Of a stretch of DNA of 37,318 nt, positions 1 through 10,318 are shown piece after piece (within the stretch, counting starts at the first letter, position 1; every line of letters begins with the position of its first letter). The translations under genes were made by a program, and so were the position numbers. The notes under the pieces were generated by a model that did not search any database, was not told the DNA's origin, and saw only the letters and a program-made list of their open reading frames with translations. The stretch comes from Octopus bimaculoides (taxonomy: Eukaryota), in contig NC_068983.1 in assembly GCF_001194135.2 (NCBI RefSeq), forward strand, positions 65,873,633 to 65,910,950, in the 5' to 3' direction.

Positions 1-220
1 CATATCCTACGTAAAATACTGTCTATGTGATCTCAAATTTTAAAGCAAACATAATTTTCTTATGGTTTCTTAAACATTCACTTGAACAAAACTGTACAAA
101 TCCAAATATATGGTACCCTAGGCATAACACCTACATGAACTTCTAACTTGTTGTCTCTTGAGGTCTCTGGGTGAGACTTGGATCCAACTTGTACAAATGC
201 AAAACAAAAGTCAAACATAA

Positions 221-268
<48 letters not shown>
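221..268. repeat. (AAT)n microsatellite
   Basis: Pure AAT run. It explains the poly-Y and poly-I ORFs at 78-328. Confidence 0.98.
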
Positions 269-301
269 TGGTAGAAAAAAACAATAAGACAAGAAATCTC
301 C

Positions 302-1131
302 GGATCTTTGTGATGTGACGGGCAACATTTTTTTATGTAGTGTTTTTGGTACCGAAACACTTTCAAACTTCGAATACTTGTATATTTTGTGTTATAGAAC
401 AGATAAAAATTTTTATATTCTAAGTTTTTTCATGTAAAAAAATTGTCGTATTTCGGTAATTTCAACCAATCACTGACGTCTATTGAGGTGAAAACAATTA
501 CGTCGGGGAATGTAAACAACGGTGCTACGGGTTTTTTTTCCCTTGAATAAAATTAGTGCCGTTGTTTGTGAACAAAAACTATCCGTTGTCAACAACAACT
601 ATCAGCGGTATATATTTCGTTTGTTACTGTTATTTATGACATCGTTCGTGCGTTTGTACTGGTTTTAGCTTTAGGGTTTTAGGGTCAGGGTTCGGGTTTT
701 AGAGTTAGGGTTAGTTTTAGGATTACGGTTAGGGTTATGATTATTTTTGCCATAACCTTAACTCTAACCCTATAACTCATAACCATGACCCTAACCCTAA
801 CCTAACCCCAACCCTAACCCTAAAACCCTAACCCTAAACCCCGAACCCTAACCCTAAAACCCTAAACCCTTACTAGGGAATAATGATATAATTAAACAGG
901 GAATAACACACTTGACACCGAACAGCACTAACTTTATTCAGCTGAATAGACGTCAGTGATTGGTTGAAATTACAGAAATACGACAACTTTAACATGAAAA
1001 AACTTGCGATGTACAATTTTTTGTTAAGAAGGTTAAGAGAAGTTGTTTTATATGACACATTCTACCGGTGTTCCAAGTTTGAAAGTGTTTCGTTAAGAAA
1101 ACAAGTGTTGCCCGTCAAATCACAAAGATCC
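302..1131. mobile_element. Non-autonomous foldback/long-TIR DNA transposon with 8-bp TSD and internal telomeric repeats
   Basis: AAATCTCC at 294-301 and 1132-1139 (TSD). Termini GGATCTTTGTGAT(G/T)TGACGGGCAACA are inverted, 26 bp with 1 mismatch. Further exact inverted blocks: 353-370 vs 1075-1092 and 456-484 vs 945-973; a 1-mismatch block at 544-559 vs 925-940. No transposase ORF. Confidence 0.9.
669..870. repeat. Interstitial telomere-like repeats: (TTAGGG) variants at 669-738 facing (CCCTAA) variants at 755-870
   Basis: TTAGGG, TTTTAGGG, TCAGGG and TTCGGG units on the left; CCCTAA, CCCTAAAA and CCCGAA units on the right. Confidence 0.92.
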
Positions 1132-1627
1132 AAATCTCCTAACGATGTATGGAGTTCATCATCCACATGCAAACACTGAACACCTATACATGCTATTTGT
1201 TCTTTTCAACTATCTAATAATTTCCTGCTTATTTTGGCCGTGTCGAGGAGGCAAAAATTGTTATTGTTTTTTGTACTAGATAACAAACAGGTTTAATTGC
1301 TTCTTTTCAAGGCCAAACGTCACTGTTAGTAGTAAACACATTTGACCTCTGCTGGCCCGAAGGATGCGCAGATTCTTTTGTCTCTATCGTTAACCTCACC
1401 ACCATCTGCCCAATCTATTTATAGACTTGTAGAATATGATTTATTCACCAGCCTGCTACCAAAATATTTCCTTCAACAACCACATATTTCTGATCATCTC
1501 AAGTACAAGACAAAAGATGAAAATAAAGGATATTTAGTAAAATCTTTTAATAATAAATGGAAATAGTAATATTGGTAATAACAATGGTAGTGGTGTTGAT
1601 GGTGATAATGATAAAAATAATAATGAT

Positions 1628-1747
1628 AATAATGATATGCGGCGGCTGCTAATGCTACAGCTACTTCTATTATGATAGCACAGGAATTTGAGGCCCAACT
1701 ATCACCCTTACCACTATCCCATCCCTGTCACTGTTGCTGTAGCTGTC

Positions 1748-1790
<43 letters not shown>
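1628..1790 (+). repeat. Left copy of direct repeat flanking the Tx1 LINE (unique ~120 bp plus (TAA)n)
   Basis: ATATGCGGCGGCTGCTAATGCTACAGC...GCTGTC(TAA)n aligns with 3501-3690; about 9 substitutions and a 6-bp indel. Confidence 0.92.
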
Positions 1791-3500
1791 TAATTCGTCT
1801 TATTGGCCACAAAGGCTAATATCAATTAAAAACATGTAAGGACAAAGACAGGACGAAGGTTACAAAAGGTTTTGTCCGAAAAGGTAGGAAACTTCGTCTA
1901 AACAGAGGAAGAAAACGGAGAAAGATATAATAAATAAATAGATAAATAAATAGGTAAATAAATAAATAGAACTCCCAAAGGGGGAGGTGCATCGAAAAAG
2001 GAAAGGTTACACGTGGAAAAACCCATAAAACCACGGGAGCCTGGTCAGAAAATATAAGAAAGGGGTATAGAGCCCTTTCTCCTTTTACATTACCTTTCTT
2101 TTTTTTTCTACAGGTGTATTCTCAGAATTGGTCCGTTTATACTGGCCATTCTTCCAACAGTCACCCATCTTTCAACGAATTTGCTATGAGACAGCACTTC
2201 CCTCTCTACTCTCATCTTCCTTTTCAAGTGGAACTTGAAAAAGTTGATGAGGCCTTGGCCAAAGAGGAAAGTGTCTGTCTTTAGTCCTTTCAAACGGGTC
2301 CACCATATCACCTCTTTCGCTACAGCCACTAGGCATAGGGAAATTGCCTTGCCCTCCCGGTTAAAGGAGGTCAGCAGGTCGATCCTCACGATGGATTCAG
2401 CTGATAGCCGGATCCGTCCTACACGTGACGGTAGCTATTCGATATAAACCCACAGATCAGCAATGCTCGAGCACTGGACGAGTGCGTGCAGAACGGTTTC
2501 CTCGTCCTGAGCGCACCTCGGGCAGGCCCGGTTGAGAGCAGTTCCGTGCCGGTAGAGTTTATCTCGAACAGGTAGCGCACCTGGGTAGCACTGCCAGGCG
2601 AGGGACCTTTGGAAATTATCCATGGACCCCGGCCCAAAAGTTCTCCTGAATAGACTGTTTAGCTGACTATCTTCGACGCCTAGAGTTTCCTCGATAACGT
2701 CGTCGCACTTTTCCGCCACTAACCCTCTATAGAACGCTANNNNNNNNNNNNNNNNNNNNNNNNNNNNNNNNNNNNNNNNNNNNNNNNNNNNNNNNNNNNN
2801 NNNNNNNNNNNNNNNNNNNNNNNNNNNNNNNNNNNNNNNNNNNNNNNNNNNNNNNNNNNNNNNNNNNNNNNNNNNNNNNNNNNNNNNNNNNNNNNNNNNN
2901 NNNNNNNNNNNNNNNNNNNNNNNNNNNNNNNNNNNNNNNNNNNNNNNNNNNNNNNNNNNNNNNNNNNNNNNNNNNNNNNNNNNNNNNNNNNNNNNNNNNN
3001 NNNNNNNNNNNNNNNNNNNNNNNNNNNNNNNNNNNNNNNNNNNNNNNNNNNNNNNNNNNNNNNNNNNNNNNNNNNNNNNNNNNNNNNNNNNNNNNNNCAG
3101 CAGATGGAGCGGCTGTTGACAGAAGATGGAGCGCCTGACCAGTGGTACCTGACCCTTCCACAAAAAGTTGAAGAGCAAGCGTACTATCTTGGTTGACTAT
3201 CTTGGCGAACCGAACGCGAGATGTTGAACGGTTCCGATAGATGGCCGTTCACCCGTATGACCGAGCAGATGCCGCTGTATAAAGCAGCTATCCACCCGTG
3301 GAAGACTGGACCGAAGCCAGCTGCATTGAGAACAGCTGCCAGGTATCGATGGTCGACCCTATCGAAAGCTTTAGACTGATCTAAATTGATCAAAGCCGCA
3401 CCCCCGCCAGCTTCGTTACCCACCCTCTCTATGATGTAGCGCATGAGATGGAGGTTGTCGTGGATAGACCTGGTTGGCACGGCGCATGTCTGCGCCTTGC
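1791..3500 (-). mobile_element. 5'-truncated, internally deleted Tx1/L1-clade LINE (ORF2 remnant plus 3' UTR, ending in an (ATT)n run)
   Basis: RT motifs QTCAVPTRSIHDNL, LINLDQSKAFDRVDH and SRSVRQ (3184-3500). Post-RT LFNFLWKG. C-terminal CCHC zinc finger CPRCAQDEETVLHALVQC (about 2460-2520). C-terminus VIWWTR...LRIHL* ends at 2108. Frameshifted, with an N gap at 2740-3097. Confidence 0.92.
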
Positions 3501-3612
3501 TAATAATATGCGGCAGCTGCTAATACTACAGCTACTACTATTATGATAGCACAGAAATTTGAGGCCTAACTATCACCCTTACCACTACTCCATCCCTGTT
3601 ACTTTTGCTGTC

Positions 3613-3690
<78 letters not shown>
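3501..3690 (+). repeat. Right copy of direct repeat flanking the Tx1 LINE
   Basis: ATATGCGGCAGCTGCTAATACTACAGC...GCTGTC(TAA)n starts immediately at the LINE 5' junction. Confidence 0.92.
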
Positions 3691-3692
<2 letters not shown>

Positions 3693-5149
3693 GAATCTAG
3701 CTATGATGAGCGAACTATTTTAAAACCGAGTGACAAAAATAGATTTACAAAACGGGTTACTTGAACCCACATGAAAAATTGCTTTCTTAGAGTCATGCAT
3801 TTCCCCGTAATCCCTCGGCCTTTTAAATTCAGAAAAATATTTCGACCTTGATCTCTTTCAGCATTTATTGCTTTTTATCCGCTTCCTACTATTTACCTTC
3901 ATTCAAACCCATGTTCTATAATATCCCTTCTTTTCACTTTCCATGTTTCTCATATCGAAGTTCTTGTCACTTAGTTTTTATACATATCTTCCATTCATTT
4001 TTCATTTTCTCTCCCTCTTGTCACTTATCTTCATGCGTAATCTACAAGCAAACTATTACAAGCATTCTTTCTTTCTATAGCTATTTTTCTGTTACTTATT
4101 TTTTAATTAATTAATCAGTTAAACAGTTATAATACACTTAAAGATATGCGTGCGCATGAATGTATACATGTATGTATGCATGCATGTATGTATGTACGTA
4201 CGTACGTTTCCGCAACAGTCATGCAATCTCCAGCAAAATTATGACTGCTGTTTCACCTTGTGCTACAACAGTAAACACTTAAAATACTCCTAAGAGATAT
4301 ATTTCAGTGAATGTAAACATAATACTCTGTGACCATTTCATCAGAAAGGGCAACTTTCGAAAGTATAATTTCATTGATCAATGAAACTGGGGAACACATG
4401 AAAGGAGTAAACCTAGAACAGTAAACCCAGTCTCAAAAATGGTAGTTCCCATGTGCCTTCTCAATGCCTTCCCGTTGAAGGAAAAGCACAATGTACTGAA
4501 CGTTTTGTCAATTGGCCAACACGAAAATCAATTCCAACTTTCTCAACCCTTCCCGGTTGTAGCTTATACTTCAATTCTTGCTTTTAAACACATGGGATAT
4601 TCTTTATGTTATTTATAATCCTTGCCTTAATTTAGCCTGCACATATTATTATTTTTTATTTTGTAATGCGGTTTTATTCTTTCCTTTTTCATAATATTCC
4701 ATAAATCAATTTCAGCTCTTCAATTATGAGATGTAATTTACAAATCTAAAATTTAATTCACAAAAGTAAACGTGTCTAAACTGAAGATCATATTAAAATG
4801 AGGTATGTGTAAGTAAAAATATTAAGTTAGAAAAGGATTTTGATAAATATTTTCTTTATATTTTCTTATATTCTGTTATGTAATTTCCCATGTAATTTTC
4901 TTGAAATCCCCCGATTCATGTATGAAAATAACATTGTTAATATTTCCTACAAACTCAACATCAATTCTGTTTTATTACATTAACCATCGATCAATATTTA
5001 TTACTCTTGGTAGAGTGCTAAACATAATCCCATTTTATTTCTCGAGTTCTACACCTTTACATTGCATTCTGCGAAAGGTACGAATGTCGCTATAATCTAT
5101 ATCCAAATGTTGCTTTTCTATTTAAATTACAAATTCTTTTGTGCCTATC

Positions 5150-7260
5150 TAACTTCATATTTTACTCGCAAGTCTGATGGTAAGTCTCCCCTCCAAGATC
5201 TTCGACACTTACCTCGTCCTCCGTCCTTTCAACTTTTCCCCCCTCTCCTGGCTTCTTATTATTTATTTATATACCATCCTTCACGACGAGTGACTCTGCA
5301 CCCTCCTTCACTTCCAGTACTTCTGTACCATTTATATTTTTGCACCTTTGTTTACCTCCGTTTATCCTAAATTGCTTTTGATCTCTGTTGTTTTTCTAGT
5401 TGATAAATCTCGCCCAAGATTTATCAACAGATCATTTGGACGCCTATTACGAAAAGAATAGACCTCCAACTTCACAATTTTGTTTGTTGATTACATTGAC
5501 ACACAAAGCTTTTCGTCGTTCCCTTGTCCGACCCCAGAACTAAACGATAAACATTCATTATATTCACGACTACATTGGTACCACTTCTCTTCCCTGTGGA
5601 AAACTAAATTTTTTTCCTCGGTGCTCTTCATCTTTCCCTGTATCAGATACTTCACTCAATTTTCTTCACATTACTGTTTCTATTGACACTTCACTCTCAC
5701 TCTTTCCAGCTATGTTTTCTCTATACTCACCAACATCCCCCCTCTACTCACACCAAACACACCATCTCTTCTCAATCTCTTCCCAATGCCGTCCTCTCTG
5801 TCATCTCTCTCCCTGCAACCATGGCTTGGAAATCAGGTTCAACCCTTATTTAAACCACGCTTTTTCGCGCCCATGCAACCTATTACATCCGGCCATTGAC
5901 TTAGCATTAACCCATCCCTAATCCACTGTCTCCTTTTTCTCTCTCCTACCACCTCTCCATCCTATCCCTCCAGCCTATAATCCTCTACTTCTTCAGCCAT
6001 ATACAATCTGTCTGCGTCAACTTCAGTTTCTTTTCACTTTCTTTTCTTTAATCATGTCTACAACATCCACAATCTCTTTGTTTAGAGATACGGCTCCTCC
6101 ACAACCCATCCGTCACCTGGAACCTTCCTACATACAGTCATTTTCATTCAACAATTCCTTCACTGCTCTACACAGAAGTATACCTTTCCCTTAAACACAC
6201 ACCTACACTCTCAAACTCACTGTCAAAACATTCTACCATTTCTCACTTTGACATTCGCAATCATCAGTCCCTGGACACATACATTTATTCTTTGACACAC
6301 ACACGTACACAATAAGACACTAATTTAATTTTTAACAAAATGCTTGATTGGCAACTTTGGATCATCCACTTCTGCTCTCCACCTTTACTTGATTGTTTGA
6401 CTGACACTGACAATATGATCAGTTACATCCACCCAGACGCTGATACATATATTCATCGGCCACTTCCTCCCTTTGCATTAGATTTCCTCTCAAAAATGCT
6501 CTTCCTTCTATAATTTGTTTTTGATTATTTTCGATCGTTCCAGTGAGCATGTATGGTCCCACTTATCAAGCTTTCAGTCATAAACATTTTGAATTTTTTT
6601 ACCATCTTGACAATGTGAGTTTTCGCTCTCTGGATTAACTTTTCCTTTCGTTATTTGTTTCCATATCCAAAACTAATCTTTTTTCTGTAATACGGATCAA
6701 GAACACAATACATTCATGTTTGTCTATCGAAACCATCTTACACTATTTTTTCGTAAGATCTTTATTCTCATACACATAAGTACACAAACTCACACACACG
6801 CGCGCGCGCGCGCGCTTAAACATAACTCAAAGAATGATTATCCAGAAGCACACCGATATCACGCCCACCTCACTACAAAGAAACGCCATCAAACTTACAT
6901 ATATACTTACACATACACGACACCAATACCATATCCCTTACATCATTAGTGCACACACACTATAATAAATAGATTTCTATACCAAACCCACCACTCTCCT
7001 CGAACATCTACCGCATAAATCTGTATTTTCCTTCGTTTTGTTTTCCAGCCGTTCACATTGCCCCTGTATCCTTGCTCTAATTTTAATTCTTTAACTTTTC
7101 AGGCACACCTTTTCTATTCCTTTATCCTTCTGTGTTTGTCCTTTTCTTTCTGAAGTACGACTAAATCCCGAAACATCAAAACTCTCCATTCCCATTTTTC
7201 GAGTACTTTCCTCTTGCGTTAATCTAATATTTTATTCATCGCATTTTGTTATTGCTCTGT
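5150..7260 (+). mobile_element. Old, heavily decayed Penelope-like element (RT remnant and pseudo-LTR)
   Basis: Broken RT motifs: KIYQQI (about 5418), FTILFVDYID (about 5470, cf. FANLFVGYIE), HYIHDYIGTTSLP (about 5555, cf. RYIDD) and SQCRPLCHLS (about 5780, cf. SQFLRLRRLCS). Hammerhead-like relic at 7147-7180. Boundaries are approximate. Confidence 0.55.
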
Positions 7261-8479
7261 TATCACTGTTTTTAGATAAATGAATTTATAAGTAGAGAGA
7301 CAGCATAATAGATATCACTTCATACATCTAGTGGAACGAGAGATGAGCTTATGAAAATTCTAGATCAGAATATGATTTCGGTTTTCGGTTCAAACCGTTG
7401 CATATGCACAAGTTATGCACGTGGGGAAGGCGATAGCTTCATGACTTTATGAAAAGCATAATGCCTTCAGATTTACCAAATGTGTGGAGCAAGATATAAT
7501 TTGTTTATTCCTGGAAAATAACAACTCTGATTTTATTCTTCCTTTAAGTAATTTCATTTCACCTACTCAGCTAATTTTCTGTGCAAAAGCAATTTAAATA
7601 GTCCCTTTTATTTCATAAACCCTTTATTTCATAAACCCTTAATCTAGTAGACAGTTTATCCTCTGTCACATGTATTTTTAAACTTTACACACCTTTGCAT
7701 TTCAGCAGCTGTTTCTGAAGTGTTAATCAGATAATAGACAATGAGGCAATTAGTCTGTAGCAGGAAAATTTACTGTAGCTCGATAACTCATTAGTACGAG
7801 CTAAAATATTTGTCAATTTTACTGTTTCTGTAACTTGCAGCTGTGAATCCCCATACCTTTCAATAAATAGAGCCATTATATAATTTGGTCATATATAAAG
7901 CAAATTCATGTTAACCTTGCAGCTGCTCCTTCAATGCGCTAAGTCCTTATATTCAAGACATATCTGATGCTAAATGACTAGTATTTCACTTATTGAAATT
8001 GTTCGACAAGCACGTTACTGTGTTTGATAATAAGGCTTGAAATAATGTTCATTGGATATTTCTGTTATAAAAATCCCAGCACAAGAGTACAATAATCACT
8101 TGCAATTTACTGCCCAAAGTGATGTAAGTGTGATAGTTGCCCCAACAAATATAATACCTATTTCAGAAAACGATACTGTCTATAGTAATGACGATTAAAT
8201 TAGTTTCGCTAGTAAAATACCATGACTGCAGTAGATTTGAACTTCAAAACCAGATAGTAATATAGATTTCCACAATTCCATTTAGCTCAATTTTGCTTAC
8301 GTTACGATATACACATACATATACATATATAGAGACGAGAGTTCTACAGAAAATAATGAAAAAGTGAGCGTAACTTTTGTATTAACTCACAAAGAGCATT
8401 GGAACGGAATAAACTGGTAGAGTAACTCGTCTATATACGGGTACTACACAAGCGATTCATTTCCGCTCCAATTGAACCC

Positions 8480-9290
8480 ACCTCTCAAATCTTCTTGGAA
8501 AATTTCGGGTGTGCATTGTTGCACGCATTTCTTGAAAGCCATTTTCATCTCGTCTCTCTCACCAAATCGTTTTGTTTCGATTGCTACCTCTCGTCTTCTT
8601 TAGGTCTAGAAGAAGTGACATTATCATACGGCGTAAGCTTTTGTTTCTTGATTATAATGATACAGTCGCATTTCACACCTTGTCACCAGAAAAGCAAAAC
8701 AAAAAGCCCATCATCATTGGCTTCGTAAATGTCCAACAGAGTAGGGCAACCTTCCACCCTTCTCTCCTCCAAAGCGGGTGTATACTGCTAAAGTACCGAC
8801 TTTACATATACTTTTGGTATCCAAACTCTTACGTCACATTTTAAAGTTCAGTGATGCTACAAGCTCACAGATTTAATTTATTTGTCACCGTGAATGAATG
8901 TGTTTGTAGATTGGTGTTTCATGTCAGTGATTGTAATTGATGGTCTCTCACTGCGTAATTTGTCTTCAATAGTGGTCCTCTCCTATAATTTTCTTCATCC
9001 ATCAAATCACATTGATCTTATCAATGATGTCACTTCTGTTAACAACATGTTGCCTTCCGTGAAATGGACAGCATTTTCCCCTCCTTCGTGAGGAGTCCAT
9101 CGACGGTGCGTTGTTCCTGCTTAGAACCTTATTTACATATGCCTGCATTAAAAACAAGATGGAAGGAGACTTACTGTAGGGTAAGTGTTACTGTATCCAA
9201 GTGTGAAAGTTGCACAACTTGTATCCTGTACGAAATTATGCCCAATTCAGCATTATGTTCAGCGCAATACGGTTATATTCACGGGTTCCG
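8480..9290 (-). mobile_element. Degenerate mariner (Tc1/mariner) transposase remnant
   Basis: Minus-strand fragments QAYVNKVLSR (cf. QAYGDEALSR), RTTIEDKLRSERPS (about 8940-8980, cf. GRTSVEDEPRSGRPS), VWIPKV (about 8812-8826, WVPHEL-type) and RLYHYNQETK (about 8640-8665, cf. WIHHYDPETK), in the expected order. Many stops and frameshifts. Confidence 0.75.
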
Positions 9291-10254
9291 TTTATCATTC
9301 ATTTCATTTGTCCATGAAACACTCCTCTTTCCTCTTTTACCCTTTCAAAAATTTATCATGATTATTTTCGTATCTAATTTCAAATTGTGCATAATTTATT
9401 TAGATAAGTTGTTTAGATTGTTTCAACAATCCAAGACTCAAAAGTCCAAAGTAGGATTCCCTTCATAGTAATTTTAAAAGTTATTTTTCAGTCACCGTTA
9501 GCATCGCAACGACTGGATCTCGAAGACTAGACTCGCTGTTAACGGTCAGAAAGTACTGATCAGTTGCTGATCCTGTGTAACCATCAGATGTTAATGTCAC
9601 TGAATTATTGTACGCATATATGGGACAATTATGTTACTATATACACAGACATGCAAAAAGAGCATCCCACGGTAGGCCATCAAACTGATTCCCTCACATG
9701 TACACAATAAAATCTCACACAAGATTCAGCGACATACCTTTAACGTGGTTGCTAATCTGTCAGTTATCCCTCAAACCTTTCCTTACTGAATTAAAAAAAG
9801 ATTGTGTTGGATAATGGAGTTCTGGGTTCCTCACACACAGGAAAAAGATGGGATACTTACGGCTGGATTTGCTTCAGCCACAAACCTAGTAAAATTTTTT
9901 CTATTTTCATACAAACAGATTTACGTCTCTAAACTAGCTTGTTAAATACTTACTCCACACAAGACAACCAATGCACTCGTACTTGTTTCTCTATCAATAC
10001 TGATTTATTACACTTTCAATGTCTAATTGCTACACAGTTCTTCATCTTCGGAAATCCCTCTGGAAATCCCTACAGAGCCAAGTCGATATGTAATTAAACA
10101 TCAAATCAAATGTATCGATGTTATCAGTCTGCCTGAAAACATTGATAATAACTCTTCCGTTGAGACTAGTTCCCCACAGGAATTGAAACTACATCTTGGA
10201 CACGACTATTTGAATTTATTGAGTGTGTATATGAAACTAAGATGTTGCTGCTGC

Positions 10255-10262
<8 letters not shown>

Positions 10263-10318
<56 letters not shown>
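10263..10318. repeat. (GTA)n microsatellite
   Basis: Pure trinucleotide run. Confidence 0.97.

Noticed and set aside
669-870. Ancestral telomere-telomere chromosome fusion site
   Set aside because: The tracts lie inside a TIR element with an 8-bp TSD and are mirror copies of each other.
4330-4590. Possible hAT transposase C-terminus on the minus strand (KALRRHMGTTIFETGF, cf. TTYLCETGFS)
   Set aside because: Only one weak motif, no TIR or TSD, and several stops. Not enough to call.
6788-6815. (CA)n(CG)n tract, potential Z-DNA
   Set aside because: Alternating purine-pyrimidine tracts are ubiquitous in this window, and nothing marks this one as functional.
9951-10131. Candidate minus-strand exon (TTTTCAG acceptor, GTAAGT donor)
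   Set aside because: All three frames contain stops and there is no recognisable protein. It could only be non-coding, and I have no evidence for that.
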